Shown here in pieces: positions 42,558-52,946 of a DNA stretch of 64,000 nt (positions within the stretch are counted from its first letter, which is position 1; each line of letters begins with the position of its first letter). The notes below the pieces were generated by a model. That model was not told where the DNA came from and made no database searches. It worked only from the letters and a program-made list of their open reading frames with translations. Origin of the DNA: an uncultured Burkholderiales bacterium (GTDB lineage: Bacteria; Pseudomonadota; Gammaproteobacteria; Burkholderiales; Casimicrobiaceae); NCBI GenBank assembly GCA_937944385.1, contig CALDYQ010000018.1:1832-65831 (forward strand), in the 5' to 3' direction. Both the position numbers and the translations under genes were made by a program.

Positions 42558-43856
42558 TCAGCGCGCAACGATCGGGATCACCGCCGCTTCGCGTACTTCG
42601 GCCGCGGCGCGCGGCACGTCCCGCCCACCGTAGGTGCGTTCGACGTAGGCGTCGATGAGGGCCTGGAATTCTTCGGCGATGTGCTCGCCTTTCAACGTGA
42701 CCGTCTTCTTGCCGTCTTCGTAGACCGGTGCGACCGGCAGTTCGCCGGTGCCGGGCAGGCTGATGCCGATGTTGGCGAGCTTGGATTCGCCCGGGCCGTT
42801 GACCACGCAGCCCATGACGGCCACCGACATCGATTCCACGCCCGGGTAGCGCTCACGCCACTCGGGCATCATCGCGCGCAGGTAGCTTTGCGTCTTCGCC
42901 GCGAGCTCCTGGAAGAACGTACTCGTCGTGCGGCCGCAGCCGGGGCAGGCGGTGACGAGCGGCGTGAACTGGCGGATGCCCATCGTCTGCAGGATCTCCT
43001 GTGCGACCGTGACTTCCTGCGTGCGGTCGCCGCCCGGCTCGGGCGTCAGCGAGACGCGGATCGTGTCACCGATGCCCTGCTCGAGCAGGATCGCAAGCGC
43101 AGCCGTCGAGGCGACGATGCCCTTCGAGCCCATGCCGGCCTCGGTGAGCCCGAGATGAAGCGGGTAGTCGCAACGCGCGGCGAGATCGGTGTAGACGGCG
43201 ACGAGATCCTGTACGTCGGAGACCTTGCAGGAGAGGCAGATTCGGTCGCCAGGGAGGCCCACGCGCTCGGCAAGGGCAGCGGATTCGAGCGCCGAGGTGA
43301 CGAGCGCGCGCCGCATGACGGCCTGGGCGGGCAGCGGGTTGGCGAGCCGTGCGTTCTCGTCCATCAGGCGGCCCAGAACCTCCTGGTCGAGGCTGCCCCA
43401 GTTGACACCGATCCGCACCGGCTTGTCCTCGCGGATCGCGATTTCGATCATCTGCGTGAACTGCGCGTCGTGCTTCTCTCCGCGGCCGACGTTGCCGGGG
43501 TTGATGCGGTACTTGGCGAGTGCCTGCGCGCATTCCGGGTAGTCGCGCAAGAGCTTGTGACCGTTGAAGTGGAAGTCGCCCACGAGCGGCACGTTGCAGT
43601 GCCTGCGGTCGAGCCCTTCACGGATCGCAGGCACGGCGGCGGCCGCCTCCGGGGAATTCACGGTGATGCGCACGACCTCGCTGCCCGCCTGGGCGAGCGC
43701 GAACACCTGCTCGACCGTTGCCGCCACATCGGCCGTGTCGGTGTTGGTCATCGACTGCACCATCACGGGCGCATCGCCGCCCACGCGCACGGGGCCGATG
43801 CGCATTTGCCGTGAACGGCGGCGCGACGCGCGCCCGGAGAGGTAGAGGATCGACAT
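42558..43856 (-). CDS. ispG: 4-hydroxy-3-methylbut-2-en-1-yl diphosphate synthase
   Basis: [38 protein letters not shown] and GCVVNGPGE. Confidence 0.98.
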   Translation of the reverse strand: MSILYLSGRASRRRSRQMRIGPVRVGGDAPVMVQSMTNTDTADVAATVEQVFALAQAGSEVVRITVNSPEAAAAVPAIREGLDRRHCNVPLVGDFHFNGHKLLRDYPECAQALAKYRINPGNVGRGEKHDAQFTQMIEIAIREDKPVRIGVNWGSLDQEVLGRLMDENARLANPLPAQAVMRRALVTSALESAALAERVGLPGDRICLSCKVSDVQDLVAVYTDLAARCDYPLHLGLTEAGMGSKGIVASTAALAILLEQGIGDTIRVSLTPEPGGDRTQEVTVAQEILQTMGIRQFTPLVTACPGCGRTTSTFFQELAAKTQSYLRAMMPEWRERYPGVESMSVAVMGCVVNGPGESKLANIGISLPGTGELPVAPVYEDGKKTVTLKGEHIAEEFQALIDAYVERTYGGRDVPRAAAEVREAAVIPIVAR

Positions 43857-44809
43857 CAGGGGATCTGGAAGCGGGCGACGTCGCTACGTGTCGAGGGCGT
43901 GAAGTCGTACGGCTTGCCGTCGATTTCGAGTTTGACCGCGCTCGCGTTGCCAATGATGAAGCTCAGCGGCCGCGCGGCGGTGAACTCGCGCGTGCCGGGT
44001 TGAGCAGTCTCGGAGAAGACGACTTCCCCCTTGCTGCGCACCTCCGTCCAGGAGCGGCCGCTCAAGGTGAGGCGAACGACGGATTCGCCCTCGCGCGGTT
44101 TGGTGCTGCCGAGCACGTTTTGGCCCTCGGCCGGCGTCGCTGGGTTGGGCACGGAGGCTGCGGGAGCGGTGGTGTCGGACGGTCCTGTCGCCGAGGGCGT
44201 GCTGGCAGCACCCGCCGCAGATGCGGGCGGGGCCGCGGTTTCGGTTGAACCGGCGGTCACCGTCTGGGCCGTCGCCGCCGAGGATGCAGCGGTCGCTGCC
44301 ACGCTTGTCGAGGATGCAGCCGGTGGCGTGGGCGCGGGCCAGACGGTCTGCGGTCGCACCGAGGAGGTCGTATCCGACTGATACAGGTAGATGACGCCCG
44401 CGATGAGGATCACGGCAAGCGTGATTGGAATCAGCCAGGGCGCGCGCCGATGGCCCGAAGTCCGCAGGGGTTCGCTGGTCGCAGCGTGGCTTTCGAGCTG
44501 CGTGCCGGCGTCGAGCGTCGATGGCCTCACCACTGCAGGGCTTTTGTCGGCCGGTGTGTCGAGACCGAGGGAGTCCGGATCGATGGATACGAGTCGCGCG
44601 TAGTTCCGGAAGAACCCGCGCGCGAACGGCCGCTCCGGGAGGGCGGACCAGTCATTTGCCTCGATCGCCTCGACCTGACGCACCGAGAGCTTGAGCTTGG
44701 CGGCCACCTCGGCGGTACCGAGACCGAGCGCTTCACGCGCGGCGCGCAGGCGCTGCCCTGGCGACGGCTTGGCGGTTGGTGGCGTGGGGCTCTCGTCCTC
44801 TGTGGTCAC
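43856..44809 (-). CDS. rodZ: Cytoskeleton protein RodZ
   Basis: N-terminal HTH ([14 protein letters not shown]...[11 protein letters not shown]), single TM, Ala/Pro/Thr linker, C-terminal domain (SWTEVRS...IGNASAV). Confidence 0.9.
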   Translation of the reverse strand: MTTEDESPTPPTAKPSPGQRLRAAREALGLGTAEVAAKLKLSVRQVEAIEANDWSALPERPFARGFFRNYARLVSIDPDSLGLDTPADKSPAVVRPSTLDAGTQLESHAATSEPLRTSGHRRAPWLIPITLAVILIAGVIYLYQSDTTSSVRPQTVWPAPTPPAASSTSVAATAASSAATAQTVTAGSTETAAPPASAAGAASTPSATGPSDTTAPAASVPNPATPAEGQNVLGSTKPREGESVVRLTLSGRSWTEVRSKGEVVFSETAQPGTREFTAARPLSFIIGNASAVKLEIDGKPYDFTPSTRSDVARFQIP

Positions 44810-45624
44810 ACGCAGCCTCCGCGGTTGATGGTGTCGATCAGCGGGGAGTCGGGAAAGCGCGTCTTCAACTGGCGTATGTACTCGGCTTCCTGCTCACGTG
44901 CGCCGCGGGCGCGCTCGGCACAGACGCCGAGAAAGAGCAACTCAGGGGTGATCGGTTCGGCCCGCATGCCGCGCTCCACGTGGCGGAGGACGTCGTCCCA
45001 GCGCGAGGTCTTCATGGCGATGGCTGCCAGGCCCTGGTAGCCGCGCGAGTTGAACGGCTGCAACTGGATCAGGCGGTTGTAGTAGCCCTCCGCCACACGC
45101 AGCTGGCCCGCTGTCAGGGCGCAGTTGCCCGCGTTCTCGAGGGCCAGTTGCGGCGTTTGATAGAGCGGCAGGGCGAGCGCGGCCTCAAGCTCGCGCAGGC
45201 CGGCTTCGGTGCGGTTCTGCCGGCAGAGGAAGGCCCCGTAGTTGTTGCGGATGTCGCCCTCGTTGGGCGCGGCCGCCACGGCGCGCTGGAAGGCCGCCTC
45301 CGCACGGGCGACATCGTTCATCTCGGCATAGACGAGCCCCAGGATGCTGTGCGCAAGGCCGTAACGCGGATCGAGCCGGATCGCTTCGTTCAACTCCTCG
45401 AGCGCCACCGCGAGTTGCCCGCGCTGGAAGTAGTTGGCACCCAACTCGGCGTGAACCCGTGCCCGGAATCGCAGCGGGTCTTCGTTGGCGGCTTGCGTCG
45501 TCTCCTGAGGAGCCGACGACGTGTCTCGACCCACCTGGGGCGACGCCGTGCAGCCCGCGAGAAACAGCGCAAGCAGCAGGCAGGCGACCGCAGTGTGCGT
45601 GTGACGGATGATGTCGAAGCTCAT
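44806..45624 (-). CDS. pilW: Type IV pilus biogenesis/stability lipoprotein PilW (PilF)
   Basis: LAGC lipobox, TPR repeats, NNYGAFLC; canonical position between rlmN and rodZ. Confidence 0.9.
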   Translation of the reverse strand: MSFDIIRHTHTAVACLLLALFLAGCTASPQVGRDTSSAPQETTQAANEDPLRFRARVHAELGANYFQRGQLAVALEELNEAIRLDPRYGLAHSILGLVYAEMNDVARAEAAFQRAVAAAPNEGDIRNNYGAFLCRQNRTEAGLRELEAALALPLYQTPQLALENAGNCALTAGQLRVAEGYYNRLIQLQPFNSRGYQGLAAIAMKTSRWDDVLRHVERGMRAEPITPELLFLGVCAERARGAREQEAEYIRQLKTRFPDSPLIDTINRGGCV

Positions 45625-46772
45625 GCAGTGACCTTCCCTCCCGAGGCAGAGCCGGGTGTGGCAATTCGCAGAGGAATGCTACGGCCTTGGGTGCGTCGTG
45701 TGCGATCCTGAATTGCCCCTGCAAGCTGACCGCAGGCGGCATCGATGTCGCTGCCACGCGTCTTCCGGATCGTGGTGACGAAGCCCGCATCGGCGAGCCG
45801 CCGCTGGAAGTCGAGCACGCGCGCGCGCGGGCTCGTACGGAAGTGCGACCCCGGGAACGGGTTGAACGGGATCAGGTTGAACTTGCACGGCACCTGCCGT
45901 CCGATGGCGGCGAGCGCCTGCGCGTGCTCGGGTTGATCGTTCACACCGTCGAGCATCACGTATTCGAAGGTGATGAAGTCGCGCGGGGCGAATTCGAGGT
46001 AGCGGTTGCAGGCCGCGAGCAGCTCGGCCAGCGGGTAGCGCTTGTTGATCGGCACGAGTTCATCGCGCAGGGTGTCCGTGGGCGCGTGCAGGCTCACCGC
46101 GAGCGCGACCGGACAGTAGCGCGCGAGGTCATCGATCTGGGGGACGAGTCCCGAGGTCGACACCGTCACGCGGCGGCGCGACAGGCCGTAGGCGTGATCG
46201 TCGAGCATCAGCTCGAGCGCGGGCACGACCTGGGCGAAGTTCGCGAGCGGCTCGCCCATGCCCATCATGACCACGTTGGTCACCGGCTGGACGCCGTCGC
46301 CCGTGCGGCCCGTGATGCCCTGATCTGCCTTGAGTGCGCGGTTGGCGTAGCGAAGCTGCGCAATGATCTCGCCGGTGGTCAGGTTGCGATTGAAGCCCTG
46401 CTTGCCCGTCGAGCAGAAGGCGCAGTCGAGCGCGCAGCCCGCTTGGGAGGAGATGCAGAGCGTGCCGCGGTCAACCTCGGGGATGAATACGGCCTCGACT
46501 GCGCTCGTGCCGACATCGAACAGCCACTTGCGCGTGCCGTCCGATGCGACGCAGTCGCGTACAGCGACGAGATCGCGGATGACCGCATGAGCGGCAAGTG
46601 TCTCGCGGGTGCTGCGCGAGATGTCGGTCATGGCGTTCCAGTCGGACACCTGCGCCTGATGCAGCCACTTGAGCGCCTGCCGCGCACGCATGCGGCAGGC
46701 AGAGGGCTTTTCTCCGAGGGCGGCGAAGAATTCGGTCAGGCCACGCTGGTTGAGTTCGAGCAGGTTTTGCAC
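45621..46772 (-). CDS. rlmN: Dual-specificity RNA methyltransferase RlmN
   Basis: [18 protein letters not shown] radical-SAM motif, [16 protein letters not shown]. Confidence 0.97.
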   Translation of the reverse strand: MQNLLELNQRGLTEFFAALGEKPSACRMRARQALKWLHQAQVSDWNAMTDISRSTRETLAAHAVIRDLVAVRDCVASDGTRKWLFDVGTSAVEAVFIPEVDRGTLCISSQAGCALDCAFCSTGKQGFNRNLTTGEIIAQLRYANRALKADQGITGRTGDGVQPVTNVVMMGMGEPLANFAQVVPALELMLDDHAYGLSRRRVTVSTSGLVPQIDDLARYCPVALAVSLHAPTDTLRDELVPINKRYPLAELLAACNRYLEFAPRDFITFEYVMLDGVNDQPEHAQALAAIGRQVPCKFNLIPFNPFPGSHFRTSPRARVLDFQRRLADAGFVTTIRKTRGSDIDAACGQLAGAIQDRTRRTQGRSIPLRIATPGSASGGKVTA

Positions 46773-46826
46773 GGTTGCCGCACCTCCCGATGACGCATCA
46801 ACCGATCCGGTTGCTTGGCCGAATCC

Positions 46827-47252
46827 TCAGCGGCTGAAGATCTGCGACTGCGCAAAGAAGTACGCGATCTCCTGCGCCGCGGTTTCCGGCGCGTCGGAGC
46901 CATGCACTGCGTTCGCATCGATCGACTGCGCGAAGTCGGCGCGGATCGTGCCGGGCGCGGCCTTCTTCGGATCGGTGGCGCCCATCAGCTCGCGGTTCTT
47001 CGCGATTGCACCTTCACCCTCCAGCACCTGGAGCACGACCGGCCCGGAAACCATGAAGTCGACCAGATCCTTGAAAAACGGACGGTCCTTGTGCACGGCG
47101 TAGAAACCTTCGGCTTCGGCGCGGGAGAGGTGGGCCATGCGCTGGGCCACGATCTTGAGCCCCGCCGCCTCGAAGCGGGCGTTGATTTGGCCGGTCACGT
47201 TCTTGGCGACGGCGTCGGGTTTGATGATGGAAAAAGTGCGCTCGATAGCCAT
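46827..47252 (-). CDS. ndk: Nucleoside diphosphate kinase
   Basis: [30 protein letters not shown]. Confidence 0.98.
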   Translation of the reverse strand: MAIERTFSIIKPDAVAKNVTGQINARFEAAGLKIVAQRMAHLSRAEAEGFYAVHKDRPFFKDLVDFMVSGPVVLQVLEGEGAIAKNRELMGATDPKKAAPGTIRADFAQSIDANAVHGSDAPETAAQEIAYFFAQSQIFSR

Positions 47253-47476
47253 GAGAGAAAGACTCCGGTGATGCGGTCTGTGCCCGGGCGCCATGGCCCC
47301 TGCATGTCACGGCCCCTGCGTCAAAAGCAGCGGGAGCAACAGGGCGCGAAACGGCGTGGCAGCAGAAAAACGCTTGAAAAACAAAGCCCTAGAGTTTAGC
47401 ACGTCGACCGAAGACGCTCGAGTGGAGAAAGCGTGCGCAATCGAGGGCGCGGAAACGGCGTGCAGAACCGGGGTGC

Positions 47477-47508
47477 AAAAACGAGAGCGGCACCCAGAAG
47501 GGTGCCGC
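47477..47508 (-). terminator. Rho-independent terminator downstream of erpA
   Basis: GCGGCACCC-AGAA-GGGTGCCGC hairpin (47487-47508) followed on the minus strand by TCTCGTTTTT. Confidence 0.7.
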
Positions 47509-47530
47509 CGCCCGAACCGATCGAGGGGGC

Positions 47531-47881
47531 TTACACGCTGAAGGAATTGCCGCAGCCGCAGGTCGACGTCGCGTTCGGGTTCTTGATCACGAACTGCGCA
47601 CCTTCGAGGCCATCCGTGTAGTCGATCTCGGCCCCGACGAGGTACTGGTAGCTCATCGCATCGATGAGCAGGGTCACATCGTTCTTGACCATCGTGGTGT
47701 CGTCCTCGTTGACTTCCTCGTCGAAGGTGAAGCCATACTGGAAGCCAGAGCAGCCGCCACCCGTCACGAAGACGCGCAGCTTGAGGTTCGGGTTGTTTTC
47801 CTCGAGGATCAACTCGCGCACCTTGTTGGCGGCCGCGTCGGTGAAGTTGAGTGGGGCGGGAAGTTCGGTCATGGCGTTCAT
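47531..47881 (-). CDS. erpA: Iron-sulfur cluster insertion protein ErpA
   Basis: [31 protein letters not shown]. Confidence 0.96.
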   Translation of the reverse strand: MNAMTELPAPLNFTDAAANKVRELILEENNPNLKLRVFVTGGGCSGFQYGFTFDEEVNEDDTTMVKNDVTLLIDAMSYQYLVGAEIDYTDGLEGAQFVIKNPNATSTCGCGNSFSV

Positions 47882-47992
47882 CGAGAGGCTCCAAACATCG
47901 ACTCAGGTGGCGTTGGTTCAGCTCACATTATTGGGCGCCACCGCCCAGGAAACAACCCCGACGCAAGGCGGGGTATGCGTTCCCGCGGCGCG

Positions 47993-48400
47993 TCAGGTGT
48001 TACCGATCCGCTTGATGTCCACCACCTCGGCGCGCTCCTGCTCCATGTGGAGCAGACAGCCATCGACCACGGCGCCCACATGCATTTCGAGCGTCTTGTA
48101 GGTCACGTCACCTTGCACGCGCGCCGTCGCGAGCAGTTCGAGGTACTCGGTCGCGACGACCGGACCGTCGACATGCCCGTGAACCACGACGTGCGAGGCG
48201 CGGATCTCGCCCTCGACCTTGCCGGACTCGCCAATGACCAAGGTGCTGGTGGTGTCGACGCCGCCATGGATATGGCCACGCACCTTGCCATCGACACGAA
48301 GGCCACCGTCGAAGTCGACGTCCCCGCTGATCGTGGTCGACGAGCCGATCAGGCTGTCGATCTGCTTTTGCGGCATGTGCCGCTTCTTCTTCCCGAACAT
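47993..48400 (-). CDS. Bactofilin (polymer-forming cytoskeletal protein)
   Basis: SLIGSSTTISGDVDFDGGLRVDGKVRG beta-helix repeats; ARVQGDVTYKTLEM. Confidence 0.92.
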   Translation of the reverse strand: MFGKKKRHMPQKQIDSLIGSSTTISGDVDFDGGLRVDGKVRGHIHGGVDTTSTLVIGESGKVEGEIRASHVVVHGHVDGPVVATEYLELLATARVQGDVTYKTLEMHVGAVVDGCLLHMEQERAEVVDIKRIGNT

Positions 48401-48477
48401 GACGGCGCGCTCCTGACGAAGGGGAGACCCGATTGTAGCTCGGCTTCGACCCGGGAGAAGGGCGACCGCTGCGCCGC

Positions 48478-49242
48478 TCAGAGATGCAGCGTCTGCTGAA
48501 CGCGCGGTGCGGTGTTGCCGCTGCTGGCATGGACGCGAACTTGGACGGTTTTCAGCTCGGCCCCGGCTGGGACGCGAAAGGCGAAGTCGGCGCGTTGGTA
48601 GGTCTTGAAGTCGAGTGCGAGGGCGGGTGCGAGCTCCGGCTGTTCGTCTGGCAGGTTGAGCGTGATACGGCGCGAGCCGTCCTGCACGGTGGCGAGCACG
48701 GTCAACCGCCCCTTGAAGGGCTGTTCGTTGGCGCCTTGAACGACCAAGGCGCGCAGGCGATAGGTCGTGGGCGAATCCCGCTCGGCCTGGAGCCGCTGCA
48801 CCGCAAGCCCCCCCTTGCCGCCCCCCGCGGCGCTGCCTAGCAGCTTCTCGAAGAACGAGATTTCTTCCTTGAGCTGCGTATTTTCCTGCTGGAGCTGCGT
48901 GATCTGCTTCGCGAGCACGTCACGTGCCCCGAGCGCGATCTGTGAGCTGTTGCCCAACTCGACGTTCTCGCGCAGCAGGCGCTCGTTGTCGCTGCGCAGA
49001 CGGGCCAGCTCCGCGATCATCTGCTTCCTCTCTTCCTCGACCCGGCCGACGTTGAAGCCCGCGACGAGTCGCCCGGCATCGAAGCCACTGTAGAACAGGC
49101 CCGCCAGGACCAGGAGGGTCACGCCCGCGACCGTGGCACGCATGCGCCACGACCAGTGCGTGCGCACCGACAGCCGCGGGGCCGAGATGCCGAAGCGGCG
49201 GCGGAGGCTGGAGAGAATGCGGTCGGAGCGGATGAGGGGCAT
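48478..49242 (-). CDS. Hypothetical membrane-anchored coiled-coil protein (DUF6776-like)
   Basis: RRRFGISAPRLSVRTH N-terminus, one TM, coiled coil (LQQENTQLKEEISFF); position just upstream of the bactofilin gene. Confidence 0.7.
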   Translation of the reverse strand: MPLIRSDRILSSLRRRFGISAPRLSVRTHWSWRMRATVAGVTLLVLAGLFYSGFDAGRLVAGFNVGRVEEERKQMIAELARLRSDNERLLRENVELGNSSQIALGARDVLAKQITQLQQENTQLKEEISFFEKLLGSAAGGGKGGLAVQRLQAERDSPTTYRLRALVVQGANEQPFKGRLTVLATVQDGSRRITLNLPDEQPELAPALALDFKTYQRADFAFRVPAGAELKTVQVRVHASSGNTAPRVQQTLHL

Positions 49243-49282
49243 GCGGTGCCTGGCTGCGCTCGAGGGGCAGTGTCGCCGTCCC

Positions 49283-50353
49283 TTAGGGACTGAGCGGCAG
49301 TTGCGTGAGACCTGCGGTCTCGGGCAGTCCGAACATCACGTTCATCGACTGGATCGCCGCGCCCGCCGCACCCTTGACGAGGTTGTCCTGGGCCACGAGG
49401 ACCATGACCGTGTCCCCTTGGCCATCGGGTCCAGGCGGTCGATGCAGCGCGATGCGGAGGACGTTGCTGCCGCGCGTGGAGCGGGTCTCCGGATAGCTAC
49501 CCCAGGGCATCACATCGATGAAGGGCTCCCCGCGGTAGGCGTCTTCGAACAGCGCCTGGAGCGCGTCGTTGCTCATCACCATGCCCCGCGCGTTGAGTCG
49601 CGCGTAGAGCGTCGAGTGCATGCCGCGGATCATCGGTGCGAGGTGCGGCGCGAAGATCAGCCCCACTGGCGTGCCCGCGATTTCGGCGAGTCGGGCTGCG
49701 GTTTCCGACTGGTGCCGATGCCCACTCACGTTGTAGGCCTTGAAGTTGTCACCCGCCTCGCAGAGCAGGTAGTCGACCTCGGCCTTCTTGCCGGCGCCCG
49801 AGAGCCCCGAGGCACAGTTGGCGATCAGGTGCAAAGGATCGACGATGCCGGCCCGCAAGAGGGGGGCAAAACCGAGCTGCATGGTCGTTGGGTAGCAGCC
49901 CGGATTGCCGACGATGCGTGCCCGTGCGATTTCGTCGCGATTCAGCTCGACCAGCCCGTATGCGGCTTCCTGATTGAGCGTGGGGCAGGCGTGCGGCATC
50001 TTGTAGACCCGCTCGAAGATCGTATGATCGCGGTAGCGGAAGTCCGCGGCCAGATCGATGATGCGCACGCCCACCGAGGTCAGTCGCTCGGCGTCGGCCA
50101 TCGCCACGCCGTGCGGGGTGGCATAAAACACGACGTCGCAGTCGGCCAAGTCGGCGGTGGCCGTGTCGCTGAACATCAGATCGCACCGCCCACGCAACGA
50201 GGGGAACATCTGGTCGAGTCGCGTGCCAGCTTCCTTGCGCGACGTGATCCGCGTGAGCTTGACCGATGGGTGGGTCGAGAGCATGCGGATCAGTTCGACA
50301 CCGGTGTATCCGGTGCCGCCGACGATGCCCGCCTTGATGGGGGAAAAGTTCAT
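49283..50353 (-). CDS. argC: N-acetyl-gamma-glutamyl-phosphate reductase
   Basis: [38 protein letters not shown]. Confidence 0.98.
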   Translation of the reverse strand: MNFSPIKAGIVGGTGYTGVELIRMLSTHPSVKLTRITSRKEAGTRLDQMFPSLRGRCDLMFSDTATADLADCDVVFYATPHGVAMADAERLTSVGVRIIDLAADFRYRDHTIFERVYKMPHACPTLNQEAAYGLVELNRDEIARARIVGNPGCYPTTMQLGFAPLLRAGIVDPLHLIANCASGLSGAGKKAEVDYLLCEAGDNFKAYNVSGHRHQSETAARLAEIAGTPVGLIFAPHLAPMIRGMHSTLYARLNARGMVMSNDALQALFEDAYRGEPFIDVMPWGSYPETRSTRGSNVLRIALHRPPGPDGQGDTVMVLVAQDNLVKGAAGAAIQSMNVMFGLPETAGLTQLPLSP

Positions 50354-50475
50354 TCGCGCGCTCGCTGATCGAGGAGGGTTCGGCCCCGCGCAAGGGTGTC
50401 CCGCGGGAGGCTCTTTGAAAAGACCGCGCCCATCGGGCCGGGTTCCTCCCAGGACGCGATCGTCGAGACGTCATC

Positions 50476-50509
50476 CGAAACGACAAAGGCTGCATTGAAG
50501 CAGCCTTTG
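50476..50509 (-). terminator. Rho-independent terminator after rplM-rpsI
   Basis: CAAAGGCTGC-ATTGAA-GCAGCCTTTG 10-bp stem (50484-50509), followed on the minus strand by TCGTTTC. Confidence 0.65.
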
Positions 50510-50569
50510 CATCGCTCGCCAAGCGCGCGGTTCATTCGCACGCCGGACCGACGGGGAGGAGCGTCGCGG

Positions 50570-50962
50570 TCAGCGCTTCGAGAACTGCTTGCGACGGCGC
50601 GCCTTCCGGAGACCGACCTTCTTGCGCTCCACCTCGCGCGCATCACGCGTCACGAGGCCGGCCTGCTTGAGCGTGGGCTTGAGCGCGGCGTCGAATTCGA
50701 TCAGGGCACGCGTGATGCCATGGCGAACGGCACCGGCCTGACCCGTCTCGCCCCCGCCAAACACGTTGACCATGATGTCGAGGCTGTCGAGGTTGTTGGT
50801 CAGCGCGAGCGGCTGACGCACCACCATGCGACCCGTCTCGCGCGAGAAGTACTCGTCCACCGGCTTGCCGTTGACGACGAACGCGCCTTTGCCCGGCTTG
50901 ATGAACACACGGGCAACCGCGCTCTTGCGCCGACCCGTACCGTAGTTGTAATTGCCAATCAT
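50570..50962 (-). CDS. rpsI: 30S ribosomal protein S9
   Basis: [42 protein letters not shown]. Confidence 0.99.
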   Translation of the reverse strand: MIGNYNYGTGRRKSAVARVFIKPGKGAFVVNGKPVDEYFSRETGRMVVRQPLALTNNLDSLDIMVNVFGGGETGQAGAVRHGITRALIEFDAALKPTLKQAGLVTRDAREVERKKVGLRKARRRKQFSKR

Positions 50963-50983
50963 GATTGCGTTCTTCCGGGCGGG

Positions 50984-51412
50984 TTAGAGGTCGAGAGCCT
51001 TGGGCTGCTGTGCTGCGTGCGGATGTTCTGCACCGGTGTAGCACTTGAGCTTCTTGAGCATCGCGTAGCCGAGCGGTCCCTTGGGCAGCATGCCCTTGAC
51101 AGCCTGCTTGAGCACGCGATCCGGGTGCTTGGCCTGGAGCTTCTCGAAGTTCGTCTCGTAGATGCCGCCCGGGTAGCCCGAGTGACGGAAATAGGTCTTC
51201 TGATGCGCCTTGTTGCCGGTGACGCGGACCTTCTCCACGTTGGTCACGATGATGAAGTCACCGGTGTCCATGTGGGGCGTGAACGTGGGCTTGTGCTTGC
51301 CGCGCAGGCGCGTGGCGATCTGGCTTGCGAGGCGACCGAGCACTTTGTCGGTGCCATCGACCACGAACCAGTCCTGCTTGATGTCGGACGGTTTGGCGGA
51401 GTAGGTTTTCAT
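50984..51412 (-). CDS. rplM: 50S ribosomal protein L13
   Basis: [41 protein letters not shown]. Confidence 0.99.
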   Translation of the reverse strand: MKTYSAKPSDIKQDWFVVDGTDKVLGRLASQIATRLRGKHKPTFTPHMDTGDFIIVTNVEKVRVTGNKAHQKTYFRHSGYPGGIYETNFEKLQAKHPDRVLKQAVKGMLPKGPLGYAMLKKLKCYTGAEHPHAAQQPKALDL

Positions 51413-51660
51413 GCTGAGCTCGATTGGTGTTTTGCCAGGGCCGGTGCCCGCGGCCGCAGGGTGCGGTTGGACGGGCTGTCGGTCGAGGCTTTGTGAGACA
51501 GTTCGCCGGAAGGCCGGGGGGCGGATTGGGGCCGAGGGCCGCGCGCCGTCCAGACGAAGCTCAAAAGTATAGCGCGGACGCGGTGGGTTCGGATGGCAGG
51601 CAACAACCGAGAGCGCGATCAGACGGCGCAGTCCGCCAAGCACCGCTCAGATGGGCTCTG

Positions 51661-51772
51661 AAAAAAGAAAGGGCGGGTGGAGCATGGCCCACACCCGCCA
51701 GAAGAGAATGTCACACCCAAGGAGGAGGAAGGAGGACATTCATCGCCCGGGAAGGAGGAGACCCGACCGACG
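51661..51772 (-). ncRNA. Putative trans-acting sRNA with CU-rich anti-SD loops (resembles the betaproteobacterial toxic sRNA family)
   Basis: Minus strand: two stem-loops presenting UCUCCUCCUU and UUCCUCCUCCUU, then GGCGGGUG/CACCCGCC terminator and CUUUCUUUUUU tail; own -35/-10 upstream. Family similarity is from memory, not from an Rfam search. Confidence 0.75.
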
Positions 51773-51777
51773 ACGAA

Positions 51778-51806
51778 ATTTGATCATGTTGCGGCGCACA
51801 AGTCAA
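51778..51806 (-). promoter_or_regulatory. Candidate sigma70 promoter of the sRNA
   Basis: Minus strand TTGACT (51806-51801), 17 bp, TCAAAT (51783-51778). Confidence 0.55.
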
Positions 51807-51964
51807 CAGTCAGATGCGTGGGGCGCCGCGTATTCAATAGGGAATCCGCTCTACTCGTAAGCGCAGCAGGCAACGCCGTTCATGCTGCTCAAGAGAAATC
51901 AAAGTGTTTGTTTTTCAGAGACTTACGTAAAACAAGCGTGTGTTTCTGATGGCCGGCAGGATTG

Positions 51965-51982
51965 AAAATGAATATTGATTTT
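51965..51982. promoter_or_regulatory. AT-rich near-palindrome upstream of the OsmC-family gene
   Basis: AAAATGAATATTGATTTT is self-complementary except for one pair and lies in a conspicuously AT-rich 120-bp patch. Confidence 0.4.
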
Positions 51983-52026
51983 TGCGTAGATTCAAATTTT
52001 GCACTTGCACAAAACGGAGATCTCCG

Positions 52027-52443
52027 ATGAGGACGAGTGTTCGGTGGGTAAGCGGTGTGCAGTTCGTCGCTGAGACGGGATCGGGGCATGCAATGGTGGT
52101 CGATGGGGCGCCAGAATACGGAGGGCGGAACACGGGTGCTCGACCGATGGAACTGGTGCTCGCGGGGGCGGCGACGTGCACGGCATTCGACGTGATCCTG
52201 ATGCTGGCAAAGGCGCGCCAGAAGGTCACGGGATTCTCGGTCGAGGCCGAGGCGGCCCGGGCAGAGACCGATCCGAAGGTCTTCACCGCGATCAAACTGA
52301 CCTACCGCGTTGCCGGTCCCACCATCGATCCCAAGGCGGTCGAGCGCGCAGTCAAACTCTCGAAGGAGAAGTACTGCTCGGCCACGGCGATGCTCGGCCG
52401 GACGGCCGAGATCGCAACCGAGATCGTCATCGAGGATGTCTGA
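52027..52443 (+). CDS. OsmC/YhfA-family protein
   Basis: GARPMELVLAGAATCTAFDV and SKEKYCSAT (two conserved Cys); GGAG RBS before ATG 52027. Confidence 0.92.
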   Translation: MRTSVRWVSGVQFVAETGSGHAMVVDGAPEYGGRNTGARPMELVLAGAATCTAFDVILMLAKARQKVTGFSVEAEAARAETDPKVFTAIKLTYRVAGPTIDPKAVERAVKLSKEKYCSATAMLGRTAEIATEIVIEDV

Positions 52444-52460
52444 ATGGCCCGACTGCCCAG

Positions 52461-52943
52461 TCAAAACGGGATGTCATCGTCGAAGTCGTCGGGCCTCTTC
52501 TTCGGGCCGGCGGCCGACGCGCCGGCAGCCATGGGCTGCCCCATCGAGCGGGGTGTCGTGCCGCCGCGATCGGATGCGCCGTCATCCGCGTCCGACGACG
52601 GGCCGCCGCCACCGCGGCCGCCCAGCATTTGCATGCGGTCGCCGCGGATCTTGGTCAGCGTCTTCTCGACGCCTTCCTTGTCGGTCCACTTGTCGTATTG
52701 GATCCGACCTTCGATGTAGACCGGCATGCCCTTCTTGAGGTACTCGCCGCAGATCTCGGCCGTGCGACCGATGAATTCGATCCGATGCCAATCCGTGCGC
52801 TCCTGTTTGTTGCCGTTTTTGTCCTTCCACTGCTCAGTGGTGGCGATCGAAAAACTCGCGACTGCCTCGCCGCTCGGCAGGTAGCGAATTTCCGGGTCCC
52901 GGCCCAGGTTGCCGATCAGGGTGACGCGATTGACTGAGGCCAT
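52461..52943 (-). CDS. ssb: Single-stranded DNA-binding protein
   Basis: MASVNRVTLIGNLGRDPE, Gly-rich linker, acidic DDDIPF tail. Confidence 0.99.
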   Translation of the reverse strand: MASVNRVTLIGNLGRDPEIRYLPSGEAVASFSIATTEQWKDKNGNKQERTDWHRIEFIGRTAEICGEYLKKGMPVYIEGRIQYDKWTDKEGVEKTLTKIRGDRMQMLGGRGGGGPSSDADDGASDRGGTTPRSMGQPMAAGASAAGPKKRPDDFDDDIPF

Positions 52944-52946
52944 GAT

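Noticed and set aside
44235-44330. Short direct repeats (GAGGATGCAGC twice) inside rodZ
   Set aside because: Explained by the low-complexity Ala/Ser/Thr periplasmic linker normal for RodZ.
51921-51932. LiuR-type operator (TTACGTAA)
   Set aside because: Only a short palindrome, not the full dyad, and no branched-chain catabolic gene is adjacent.
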